Positions 1 through 16,276 of a DNA stretch of 64,000 bases are shown here, in pieces (the first letter of the stretch is position 1; each line of letters opens with the position of its first letter). The notes below the pieces were generated by a model, which was not told where the DNA came from, did no database searches, and saw only the letters and a program-made list of their open reading frames with translations. The position numbers and the translations under genes are program-made. Location of the stretch: NCBI RefSeq assembly GCF_009914755.1, contig NC_060925.1; one strand, given 5' to 3'. The stretch comes from the human T2T-CHM13v2.0 reference genome, Homo sapiens.

Positions 1-96
1 TTAGAGCCGCACATTCACAGTAAGGCTGCGCCATGACCGCTCTCCTAGTGCCAAAACATTTATATAAAACAATGTCCTAGGCAGCTGAGGCTGCTA

Positions 97-460
<364 letters not shown>

Positions 461-552
461 TTATATATATATATTCACTCTTGAGGAGGCTGGGAAATCC
501 AAAAATCAAAACGTCTGCATATTCAGCGTCTGAGAGCTCACTGCTCATTCAG

Positions 553-592
553 TGTAAATGAAGAAACCTGAGGGCAGGTTTCTTCATTTACA
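553..592. repeat. Perfect 18-bp inverted repeat with a 4-nt loop
   Basis: TGTAAATGAAGAAACCTG-AGGG-CAGGTTTCTTCATTTACA. Confidence 0.95.
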
Positions 593-1235
593 GATGGTGT
601 TGCTGTGTGTCCTCACTTGGCAGAAGGGGAAGTCAGCTCCCTTGGGCCTCTTTTATGAGGGCGCTAATCCCATTCATGAGGACTCTGCCTTCCTGAGCTA
701 ATTACCTCCCCGAAGCACCACCTCTTAATATTATCACCTTAGGGGTTAAGATCACACAGCATATAAATTTTGGAAGGACACAAACACTCTGACCACAACA
801 GGTAATAGACACCATTTGATAAATAATTTTCCATTTATTTCTTCTTTATATTTTCATTGGGTCATTATATTGCTATTTTGAAACTGTCTATATAAATAGT
901 TATATATTATCTAAGACTCTCTCTTCAGGATAGCATTTGTGTGTGTGTGCGTGCATGTGCATGTGTGTTTCAAAATACATGTTTATAAAAAGGGGTTTTG
1001 TGCTTAATAGGGGTGATGTCCTCTGCTCGGCATCTCTGGGAAAGAACTGGTCTACAGAATAAGCTGTTGCTGTTTCCTATCAATATTTTACTATACAGGA
1101 AAATCAGAGCTACATGTCCTTAACACCAGCTTTCTGGTGAGGGAATTACTGATAAGTAATGAGAATTACTGATAAACAGAGAGAAAAATGAAATTTATGA
1201 GTTCTCCATCAAGTTCTGGCCTCTCCCCATCCTAA

Positions 1236-1561
<326 letters not shown>

Positions 1562-1589
1562 AAGTCTTTAAAGTATAAAACCTTAAGGT

Positions 1590-4590
<3,001 letters not shown>

Positions 4591-5207
4591 CTTAAGGTAC
4601 AGCAGCCACTATCCTGTCTCTTCCCCTTGTCACCTCTCCCTGGCTGAGCCAACTTGCTTTGCGTTAACTACCTTTCTCACACATCCCCAAGAGCCTACAG
4701 AAAAGGTCTATGATCTTGGCTTGTTACTACCAAATCATCTCAAACCTCTCAGCATCTTTACCTACTCAGTTAAGTAAGGAAACTCACAATTCCTTGAGTA
4801 GTTCCTGTAGCCCTCTCCCAGCCTGAATGGCTCTTCCTGGTGTTGCCGATGCTAATCAATGACTGAACACAGGACTGCTGTCTCTCTCATTTCTCTGACC
4901 TAGCTGGCATATCTTTACTTTCTTCCCTCTTGGCTTCTAATGAAGACAAAACTGCATTGCCTAATTATCCTTTAGAAAGAAAACCTTAACATTCTTTAAT
5001 ACTTGATCTCTTTTCAATGCCTTCTATTTGTTTCTGTAATTCAGCTAAAAATAGTTCAGCCATTGAAAAAAATAGATTCCAATAAAACATATTGAATGAC
5101 AACTATTTAATGTGTTAAAAAGAATACTACCTGATTTTTTTTTTTCAGTAAACTAAAAAGCTTCCTGAATTTGCAGCATTCTTAAATTGAAGTAAGAAGT
5201 GGAGAGA

Positions 5208-5470
<263 letters not shown>

Positions 5471-5571
5471 AAGAAGTGGGAAGAAAGGGAGAAGAGATTA
5501 ATATAGTAGCAGTTTTTAAATGTTGGTATGTACCATATCTTCCTAATTACCTGATAAGGAAGGTTACCCAT

Positions 5572-5940
5572 AATTTATAGGTTGAAGAAATCAAGGCAGA
5601 GAGGTTAAACAGTTTGCTCAAGGTCATGTATAGACACCTCCACCCTCACCCTCAACCAGTGCTAGGATTACAACCCAATTTGTCTAATTCTATTACATCA
5701 TGCTACCACTCTACAGTAATTATAATTAGTGCTAACTTCATACCAAGAACTGTGCTAAGTATCTCATTTAGTCTTTATAATAACCCTATGACGTAGGTAC
5801 CAAATTTAGCTTCATTTTACAAATGAGAAAATTGGGCACAGAAAGAAAGTCAGGTTGCCCAAAGTCACACAGTAAATAGTCCAGCTTATATTCAAATCCA
5901 GGAACCTGACTCCAGAACCTATGCCCTTAATCATTAGGCG
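5572..5940 (-). mobile_element. Two MIR fragments
   Basis: MIR core matches, e.g. CATTTTACAAATGAGAAAATTGGGCACAGA and TTGCTCAAGGTCA. Confidence 0.7.
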
Positions 5941-6080
5941 GCACTCTCGGATAGAGTTAAAATCCACCAGGCAAAAAATGAGTAAATAGCTAATTTTTAT
6001 CAGTAAAGATTACTGAGGAAATCACAACAGCGCTATTCCCAACAGAATGATTTAACAATAGCTATGTTCATGAGGATGCA

Positions 6081-6473
6081 TGATATAGTTTGAATATACG
6101 TCCCCACCAAATCTCACGCTGAATTGTAATCCCCAGGGTTGGAGGTGGGGCCTGCAGGGAGGTGTCTGGGTCATGGGGGAGGATCTCTCGTGGCCCAGTG
6201 CTGTGCTCATGATAAGATACGCTCATTTCAAAGTGTATGATGCCCCACCCCCACACACTAGCTCCTGCTTCCTCCATGTGACGGGCCAGCTCCGCTTTGC
6301 CTTCTACCATGATTGTAAGCTCCCAGAGGCCTCATCAGAAACCAAGCAGATGCCAGGTGCCACACATGCTTCCTACACAGGCTGCAGAAGTGTGAGCCAA
6401 GGAAACCTCTTATCTTTATAAATTGCCCAGCCTCAGGTACTTCTTTATAGCAACACAACAGCAGCCTAATACA
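6081..6473 (+). mobile_element. MSTB-like MaLR solo LTR
   Basis: TGATATAGTTTGAATAT...CTAATACA termini; perfect 5-bp TSD ATGCA (6076-6080 and 6474-6478). Confidence 0.9.
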
Positions 6474-7296
6474 ATGCACTAGCAAATCAAAGTGGGATTT
6501 TTGTTTAGTCCACAAGTGATTAAAACTCCGAAAAAACAAAACCATTAACCTTACGAATTAAATATCTTCTTTTGATGGGCTAATGTAATATTGAATATGA
6601 AGTGATTAGAAAGTAATTCCCCAAAATTTCTGTCTGTGGGTGGAAAGAGGGGTGGTATATAACAGCACAACACAGAAATGTATCCCTACATGTGCCTGGT
6701 TGAAAATTCATTTTCTCTTTGGAATCCAGGCTCCTCCTACCCCTAGAGCAGTCAGAGAGACATAGCTACCAAATGCAAAACAGAATGCAGTCTTTAGAGA
6801 GAGACCACCAGGGCTGAGATATCACCCACTGTTATTTACAAATAAAGCCAGCAGTGAGAGATGGGACAGACATATTAGAGGAAATCAAAAGAGTCATTTT
6901 TAAATGTTAAAGATTTTTCTTGGAAAATATGAAAGGAAAAACTAAGAACATTATCTTGGTAAGTTAGCAAAGCCCTGAAGCAAGCATTGGACATCCCAAA
7001 TCAGCCACATGGGACACAGAGGAGGGTCCACATAGAACCAAAGCCTGTCTCTTCTCTACAAGGTTAAGGTTTGAGTTTCCTAGAGGAAGAAACAAGAGAT
7101 TTAGAATGCATGGTGTCATGTAAATCACTCTCACTGTCATTATTTTTAAGGCTTTTACGTATATATTTTAACTGCATACTATATGTGTAAAATATATATA
7201 TTCATATACACATAAATGCACACACACACACAAATACATATGTAAAAATAAATGTACAGCTGATTCAGGTAAATCATACCAGGAAACTGAAGCCAG

Positions 7297-7615
7297 TTTT
7301 GGTTTTTTTGCTGGTTTTTTTTTTTTTTTTTTTTGAGATAGAGTCTTGCTCTGTCGCCCAGACCAGAGTGCAGTGGCATGCTATCGGCTCACAGCAACCT
7401 CTGCCTCCTGAGTTCAAGTGATTCTCCTGCCTCAGCCTCTGAGTAGCTGGAATTACAGGCACACACCACCAGGCCCAGCTAATTTTTGTATTTTTAGTAG
7501 AGACGACGTTTCACCATGTTGGCCAGGCCAGTCTCGAACTCCTGACCTCAGGTGATCCACCTGCCTCGGCCTCCCAAAGTCCTGGGATTACAGGTGTGAG
7601 CCACCGCGCCCGGCT
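7297..7615 (-). mobile_element. AluS, full length
   Basis: Reverse-complement Alu with T tail; degenerate TSD GAAGCCAG/GGAGCCAG. Confidence 0.96.
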
Positions 7616-7954
7616 GGAGCCAGGTTTTTGACATCCACATTGGGTAAATCCTGGTGAGCAGAACAGCACCCATCACAAAATACTGCCTTAATTTAAAGCT
7701 ATTCCAGCTAGGTCTGTTTCATATTACTGTAATGAAGATAATAGCCAAAACATGATAATAAAACTAACAAACCCCTGGAATTGTTAACACAGATACACTG
7801 TCAACAATTTTTCTACAAAAACTGCCATGTCAGCTTAAGTGATCTTTTCTTCTCTGAACAGTTACAGCATTTACCTTCTCTAGGCTTAGGACCCAGAGAT
7901 GCAAAGGGAAAGGCAAGTGTTGTGGGCTCACCCCCGACTTCTAATATAACAGCA

Positions 7955-8160
7955 ATAATAATAGATAAAATGTATATCGTACTTACCACGTCCCAGACTG
8001 TTTTTAAATGCTTTAACTACTCCGTTATTTTTAATCCTCACAACAATCCCATTATTAGTCCATGTACTAACAAGGAAATTGACCCAGAGTTGAGGTAAAT
8101 AGTCCCAGGTCATAAAGCTAGTTCATAGAACTAGATCTAGAACCCTGGCCTCCAGCACTA
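7955..8160 (-). mobile_element. MIR
   Basis: TTTAATCCTCACAACAATCCC...GTCCCAGGTCATAAAGCTAG core similarity. Confidence 0.7.
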
Positions 8161-8197
8161 AAAATTACATAAATAAATAAATAATCTTTGCTCACTT

Positions 8198-8322
8198 ATT
8201 TTTTTAAAGACCAGTGAACTATGCTCAGCCCAGGCTAGACTCAAACTATTGGGCTCAAGTGATCCTCCTGCCTCAGCCTCCCAAGTAGCCAGGACTACAG
8301 GCACACACCATCATGCCCGGCT
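8198..8322 (-). mobile_element. FLAM / Alu monomer
   Basis: GGGCTCAAGTGATCCTCCTGCCTCAGCCTCCC...CATGCCCGGCT; single monomer. Confidence 0.85.
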
Positions 8323-8604
8323 TTCACCATTTTTTCACTCTTTTGGTTCAGTTTAAGATTTCATTTAGAGAAAAAAGGTTTTATACCATTTAAAATAAAA
8401 ACATTGAGCACCACTAGTCTATATAGTTTATTTACCTATTGCCACTCAAACTCTGATGTCATTTTTATGGTGTTCTGGTTGCACTGTTTAATTCTGTTAG
8501 TTAACTTTCCGTATGTTATGCCTTGAACTGCATACATGTACGTAGAAACTCCCACACGTAAGTACACTAGACTGGAAGTTCTTAGAGAACTTATATTCTT
8601 TGTA

Positions 8605-8650
8605 TTAGGTTGGTGCAAAAGGAACTGTGGGTTTTGCCATTAAAAGTAAT
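8605..8650. mobile_element. Half MADE1 (Hsmar1 mariner MITE): one TIR plus spacer
   Basis: TA + TTAGGTTGGTGCAAAAGGAACTGTGGGTTTTGCCATTAAAAGTAAT; second arm missing. Confidence 0.88.
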
Positions 8651-9274
8651 TAATATCTCCTATGTTGCATACAGTACAATGCATTCACAAATAAATTTTT
8701 TGAGAAATAAACTTGATTTAACTGTTCAAATAAATTTTTATCCTGGGGTAAATAGTTTTAGTTTAAACTATGCTACTGGTAATAATAAACAATCCTTAAG
8801 AACATCATATGAGACAGCAGTTCTGCCCAACCCACTCCCAATTTCTTACCCATGCGGTGTCACTAATCAATTTATAGGTTGGAACAAGAAAAAAGTTTTA
8901 CATTACAGAACTAATAAAGCATACTTTCCCTGCAGAGGGACCACTACTGTGACTTAAAGGTTCTAATTAAGTTTTTTTCTTTGAAGCTTAGTATTCAAAT
9001 CTGCATTCTTACTTGATTAGTATTCACCACCATTATTTTTATGCAGATCACATGAAAAATGAACCCTATGTGCCAGAATAACTTGCAAGAAATTACTATT
9101 CATCAGCATGAATCAACAAGCCCACAATTAGAACAGTGTCCACTGGGAAAAGTAAAAAAAAAAAAAAAACTTTTACTAAGGTCATATAAAATGAAAGTAA
9201 AGGGGGAAAATAAAGAATTCATTTTTGCATTGAAAATCATACAAACGTTTTCAGCAGAAAATTACTATGACTAT

Positions 9275-10785
9275 TATTGGGGCTCAGAAAATGATATCCT
9301 GAAGTATGGTGCTTTCATATGCTGGGCACTTCCGAATTTTAAAAAAACAGAAGACCTTAGAAGCTGCCTCAGAACCAAGGACTCTGTAACCTTCTCCTGT
9401 ATCTCTCCAACTCCCAAAGCACAGAGAGGGGCTCTCTCTGGAATTTCCTTATCAGACTAAGGAAACTTTTTCCTTAAGAAATACAATTCTCTTAAACCTC
9501 CTCCCCAGAAATCTCATTAAATTACCAGGAAAGATTAACCTGAGAAGAAAAGAATCTATAATAAGTCATTGCCAAGACCAGACAGACTGTTCGTCTGTTC
9601 TTCAGAGGGCAGCTTTGAGACATTACCCGAGAGACTTCAACTGCATAATACAACAACCTCTGTTCACCCTACAGTTCCTCCCTCAACTTCCCATAACTTG
9701 TGGGTCCCATTCAGTTTCCAAAGAGAACCATTTACAAACTACTGTCTGCTCCTTGGATCCATTAAACTCTCCTAAAATCACTATCCCCCAAAATTGCCTA
9801 TATTCCCCCATCTCCCTGACTGCTAGAAAGAGAGTGCCATTTAAGCTGTGGCTATCTGGCCTTTCTGTTACAGCCCAACAGGTTCTTCTTACCTGCTGCC
9901 CAGAAAAGCCAATACACGGAGAACAGTAGGGGTGTTGCAGCAGAGAAAGAGTTTAATTACTGCAAGGCAGCTGAGCAGAAGGAGGGGAGGTATCTCTCAA
10001 ATCCACCTCCTCGAAAGCTTGGAGCCCAGGGTTTTTAAGGATAATTTGGCAAGCTGAGGGCCAGGGAATGTATGCTACTGATTGGTTGGAGATGAAATCA
10101 CTGGAGTGTTGGAACTGTCTTCACGTGCTGAGTCAGTTTCTAGGTGGGGGTCACAGGACGAGTTGAGTCTGTTCCTTGGTATGAGTCAAGGTCCAGATGG
10201 CATCAGTCAGTTTACCAGAATGCAAAGGTCTGAAAAATATCTCAAAAACCCATCTTAGGGTTTACAGTGGTGATGTTATCTCAAATCTTGTGACCTCCAG
10301 CAGTAACCAAGCTAGGGAACAATGGCTGGTTATCTCTTCTTCACTGTGCTTATTACTTAGCAGAATTCAGGCCCTTATCATAATTCTAATCTTATTGACT
10401 TTCATTAGTTTTACAAATGCAGTTTCAGTTCCCAAGCAAGAAGGGGACCAGTTTCAGGAAGGGACTATTATCATCCTTGCTTTAAAGTTAAACTGTAAAC
10501 TAAACTCCTTTTTAGTTAGCTTGACCTACACCCAGGAATGAGCAGATAGTCAGCTTCTGGGGTCAGAAGCAAGATAAAGTCAGCTGTGTTGGATTTCTCT
10601 AACCATCATAACCTTAGCAAGGTGGTTTCAGTTCTCTGAGTCTCATATACTGTGTGGCCCCTGTGCTTCTGCACATTAATACATTTATATGCCTCTTCCC
10701 CTGTTAATCAGTCTAATGTCAGGTCATTTCAGCACTTTCAAATTTCAGAGCCAGAGGGGGAGGAAAAATTATCTTCACACCTATA
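9275..10785 (+). mobile_element. ERV1 (MER4-group, MER67/MER31-like) solo LTR split by an LTR8 insertion
   Basis: TATTGGGGCTCAGAAAATGATATCCTGAAGTATGGTGCTTT start; resumes after 10634 to CACCTATA; approximate TSD CTAT/CTCT. Confidence 0.7.
9866..10630 (-). mobile_element. LTR8A/B-like ERV1 solo LTR, nested
   Basis: Minus strand begins TGAAACCACCTTGCTAAGGTTATGA...GACTTTATCTTGCTTCT and ends TGTAACA; approximate 4-bp TSD TTTC/GTTC. Confidence 0.8.
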
Positions 10786-10794
10786 CTCTCTAAG

Positions 10795-10897
10795 ACCAAA
10801 AAGCAACAGACATTCTGCCACATGCTACAAGACGGATAAACCGACAAATATTATATGGTTCCACTTATAAGAAACATGAAGAGAAAGTAGAGTAAAG
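10795..10897 (+). mobile_element. Old L1M 3'UTR fragment
   Basis: CATTCTGCCACATGCTACAA...GACAAATATTATATGGTTCCACTTATA...GAAAGTAGA. Confidence 0.55.
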
Positions 10898-12268
10898 GTT
10901 CCCTTGTCCCCCTCTGCCACAGAGGGAGTGGCTTGCTTCTTCAGCGCCCTGCTGCTCAAACCTCTAGGGGGAGCATACAGATGGGCACGTTGTGGGGCTC
11001 GGACCCCATGGCAGTGTCTAGAGGTGTATGTTTACAGCTCCTGAAGCCCCAGTGGGCATGTGTTACAAGGTGCTCTTTTAATCTAGCCGTCTGTAGGCAG
11101 CTTGTGTTAGTCAGCTCAATTAGACCCCCTTCCTTATCACAAGGACAAAGGGATTTCTATATCCTGGGGTTTCTTGCTTTGGTGAACTGGAAGAATCAGA
11201 TCACATGTAGGCTTGGAGAATAAGTGCAAGGTTTTATTGAGTAAAGTAGCTCTCAGCAGATGGGGGAGCCAGAAGGGAAATGGTTTTCTCCCGGAGTCGG
11301 GCGCTCGGTGACCTGGGCTCTCCTCCAACCGTCCCAGCCAAACTCCACGTCGTTCTGCTGGCCGACGGCCTCCCAGCGTGCTGGCATCTGTTGCTGTGCT
11401 CTTCTGCCTGCGTGCTCCCCTTTGTCAGGCCTCTGAGCCCAAGGTAAGCCATCATATCCCCCGTGACCTGCACGTATACATCCAGATGGCCTGAAGCAAC
11501 TGAAGAACTACAAAACAACTGAAAATAGCCAGTTCCTGCCTTAACCGATGACATTGCACCATTGTGATTTGTTCCCTCCCCACCCTAAGTGATCAATTGA
11601 CTTTGTGACAATACCCCCTCCCCGCCCTTGCGATAATGGACTTTGTGATATTCCTCCGCCCTTGAGAATGTAATATCCTTTGTAATATCCTCCCCACACT
11701 TGAGAATGTACTTTGTAAGATCCACCCCCCACTAGCAAAAATTGCTCCTAACTCCACCGCCTATCTCTATAAGAACTATAGATAAGTTCTTATAGGGATA
11801 AACCTATAAGATAAACCTATAAGAACTAATGATAATCCCACCACCCTTTGCTGACTCTCTTTTCAGACTTAGCCCGCCTGCACCCAGGTGATTAAAAAGC
11901 TTTATTGCTCACACAAAGCCTGTTTGGTGGTCTCTTCACATGGACACGTGTGACACCCTCCACGTCCTCCCGATGTCCGGCCACTTGTCTTCTTCCACCA
12001 ATGTGTTCCTCTCACCCTCCAGCTGCTTCTGTCTGTGCCTTGCTAGGGTCTTGGGTTTTTATAGGCCCAGGATGGGGGCATGGTAGACCAGGGTAGTCTT
12101 GGAAAATGCAACATTTGGGCGCAAAGGCAGAAGTGCTTGTCCTCACCTAGGTCGATGGGGGTAGCGCCCTAGCCAGGGACCATGCCCTCCTCTACCCAGC
12201 ACTTCCCTTACCCCCTTCCTCATCATTTAAAGGGACCACACTCTTCCCTTCCCAGCACTCCCGTATCA
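10898..12268 (-). mobile_element. LTR1-family (HUERS-P2 group) solo LTR split by LTR7C; 3' terminus clipped
   Basis: Minus strand begins TGATACGGGAGTGCTGGGAAGGGAAGAG...CCCTTTAAATG; carries CCTATAAAA and AATAAA on the minus strand. Confidence 0.75.
11423..11955 (+). mobile_element. HERV-H solo LTR, LTR7C-like, with a rearranged TATA region
   Basis: TGTCAGGCCTCTGAGCCCAAG start; GGTGATTAAAAAGCTTTATTGCTC...GTGTGACA end; 5-bp TSD CCCTT/CCCTC. Confidence 0.93.
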
Positions 12269-12488
12269 CAGTCAGTGGTGGCACTGGATTCTCATAGGAC
12301 CACTAACCCTATTGTGAACTGCACATGGCAGGGATCTAAGTTGCATGCTCCTTATGAGAATCTAATACCTGATGATCCAAGGTGGAATAGTTTCATCTAG
12401 AAACCATCCGCCCCCCTCACTCTATATCCCTGGAAAAACTATCTTCCGCAAAACCAGTCCCTGGTGCCAAAAAGGTTGGGGACCACTG
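12269..12488 (+). mobile_element. MER1B (hAT MITE), 3' part only
   Basis: GATTCTCATAGGA...GTCCCTGGTGCCAAAAAGGTTGGGGACCACTG terminus; the 5' ~120 bp is absent. Confidence 0.88.
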
Positions 12489-12518
12489 TTTTCAGCTAAA
12501 AAGTCTGTCACGACTTGA

Positions 12519-12803
<285 letters not shown>

Positions 12804-14404
12804 AAAAAGTCTGTCATGACTTGATATAGCATCAATAAGAAGCTAATACATAAACCACTCGATGAGGAGTTTAGAAGATGAAGTTGAACTGAAAGTACAG
12901 CAAAAAGAAAACTGACTCCATCATGCAAGAGACTGCTCCTACAGCTTGGGGTTGGAAGTAAATAAAATAATTAAAGGCACAGTGACTTCACAGCACGCAA
13001 TAAACATGTATTAAGCACCTACTTCCTAAAGCCCACTGCAGTCAATGATAATTCAGTCAAGCTGAAATCATCATCATCCAAGGTTCGTTTGTAAATAATT
13101 TAACAGTTTGGAGAGAATATGTGAAGAACAACAGTTTTATTTCCAAGAATTCATGACCTTATCTAGAGAAAGTTTATGAATGGACAGAGAAGATAGTCTT
13201 ATATTTGGCATGATTTCCTACGCAGGTGAAAGATTCAACTGCCCAAAAATATCTGATCTTTGGCTTGTTCTAATATAGCAAATGCCCACTAATAAAAACC
13301 TTTCAAGATAAATCTTCAAAAAAGTATTAAAATGGAAATGTTAACAAGAAAGGTAGTGCCCACTAAAATTATAGCATAGGTTAGGGAAGAGAAATTGCCG
13401 TGGAGCAGGGCAAAAAATCATTAGCTGGAAAGATAACCAACCCAGTTTGGAGGGATTAATGCAGTAATTGATGAACTTTACCTTTTTCTTTGTCTGGGTG
13501 CTGAAGTATGACTATTTTTATAAGACAGATCTTTCTAGGCAGTCCAGTTACTATATGTCAACACATAGCCTTGTAAAAGTATAATATCCTATAAAGAAAT
13601 AAACTCTAAACTCCTCAAATAGCTATTCTTCTCTAATGTTTACACTGTATATTTTTATCTGATAGGTAAGGGTCAACACTGTTTGCATCATTAACTGGCA
13701 AGGAATAATCGAAATTACTAATTACATTTAGCATGTCTCATATTGATGAAACAACAGATGTTTAAGGAAGAAGCTTCTTTAATATCTACTAACATTATAT
13801 TATGTTTCATTGTATTACACAAAACTACCAATAAGGCTAAAGCAGTTGTACCACTTTTATTTACCTTACAACAAAGAATAAATAGCTTGACAAGATCCTT
13901 TTAAAAAAAAAATAAAGTGCCATTACTAATTCTGTAAACCAGTAAAAGTTACCAAAAGAATTTTAAGAAAAAGATCTCAAGACCCCCACTGTATTTTGTA
14001 AAATATTAAAGGCAGTAAAATGTAACAAAATAAAATAGAAAAGGTGACCTTCAAATCCATGAAAGAAATAAGCAAAAAAACAAGATGACCTTAAAATGAA
14101 AGTTCTAATGTCATTTCATTATTTTATTGTAAGTCACAGAGCCCCCAGGTCTATATTAAAGGCAATATTTATAAGACTTAAAATACTAAAAAAAGAAAAA
14201 ACAGAAAAAGACTAAAAACCATCTACAATAATTCAGAGGTATTTGAAAATAATACAAAGCAATTAAAAACAGTAAAATAGAAGAGATGATTAAGTCTAAA
14301 AGCAGCTCAGAAAGGCCTACAGCTGAGCTACTGCTCAGGGAGAGGGAAGCTGAGCTCAAAGCCCCAAACATCAAGTGCAATGTGAGGAACAGAACACACT
14401 CGAA

Positions 14405-14670
14405 AGCTGGGGGACTGAATCTGAGTCAGAAGCCCCTGAACCAAGAGCGCCAAGAGCAGAAGATGGATGTGCCAGCTCAAAAGGGAGAGAGCAAATTCAC
14501 CTTTCCTCTGCCTTTTTGGTCTACTCATGCCCTCAATAGACTGATGAGGGTGATCTTTACCAGTTTGCACATTCAAGTGCTCATCTCTTCCCGGACCACT
14601 CTCACAGATACAACCAAAAGTAATATTATACCAGCTATCTAGACATCCCTTAGCCCAGTTAACCATCACA
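14405..14670 (-). mobile_element. MLT2-family LTR fragment
   Basis: GAAGATGGATGTGCCAGCTCAA...CTCACAGATACA...CCAGCTATCT...TTAACCATCACA terminus. Confidence 0.75.
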
Positions 14671-14997
14671 AGTAAGGAATGGTGACATGGAATACCGGAG
14701 ACAGAATAGCATGACACTGTGAAGGCCCTTTGATGATAAGCCACAGATCAAAGAATACTAGGGCAAAGATTTTTGCATAGGAAAATGACATAATCTCTCT
14801 ACTACATATTTAACCTGATTAAAATGGATTTTTGCACAGACAACTAAGGAAGAGGCCTTGTTAGGATCTTGTTTAGAATAAATAGATAAATATATATATT
14901 ATAGTTGGATAGGACTTTAAATATTGCCTGATCCCATTCCTTCATTTATCAGACTCAGAAAGTATAATCTCCTCGGGGTCAGCTGGAAAATTAGTGA

Positions 14998-15318
<321 letters not shown>

Positions 15319-15612
15319 TACAATGTTTTCAAACAATGAACTCATAAGTACTCTTATATTTATTATGATTTTTTTTTAAGATAGCTCTATCTCCCAGAAT
15401 TTCTACAACCACCTCTTTAATGAACTGAAGTCTTTCTTTCTTTCTGGCCACAAATATTTACTGAACCCCTACTATGTGCCAGGCACTGTTCTAGAGGATA
15501 ATAACAAAATTAATTCTCTGGTTAGATCTAAAATTCAAAAGAAGAAAAAAAACAATAAACAAACACATACATCACACAGTGGTAAGTGTTAGGAAGGAAA
15601 ATGGAGTGAGAT

Positions 15613-15961
<349 letters not shown>

Positions 15962-16016
15962 TTATAAGTACACAGAGAGCAGCCACAGACTACCATCTCA
16001 TAAGATGGTCTGCATG

Positions 16017-16276
16017 AACCAGGAGCAGTGGCTTGTGCCTGTAATCCCACCTCCTAGAGGGGATGAGATGGTGGGATCACTTGAGTCCAGGAGTTCAAGA
16101 CAAGCCTGGGAAGCATAACAAGACCCTACCTCTAAAAAAATGTTTTAAAGTAGTCAGATGTGGAGACGCACACCTGCAGCCCCAGCTACCCAGGAGCCTG
16201 AGGCAGGAGGATTGCTTGAGGCCAGGAGTTTAAAACTAAGCTGGGCAATATATTTTATCTCAAAAAAATAAAAAAA
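16017..16276 (+). mobile_element. Dimer of two left-type (FLAM-like) Alu monomers
   Basis: Both monomers carry CAGGAGTT..A.AC.A.CTGGG; no right-arm GGTTGCAGTGAGC segment; TSD AAGATGGTCTGCA/AAGATAGCCTGCA. Confidence 0.75.

Noticed and set aside
8436-8528. Possible minus-strand exon ending AG|GTAAAT
   Set aside because: Poor pyrimidine tract, stops in all frames and no recognisable product.
13482-13588. Minus-strand exon-like segment with a good acceptor (TTTCTTTATAG) and donor (AAG|GTAAAG)
   Set aside because: Stop codons in all three frames and no other support; at best a non-coding or poison exon.
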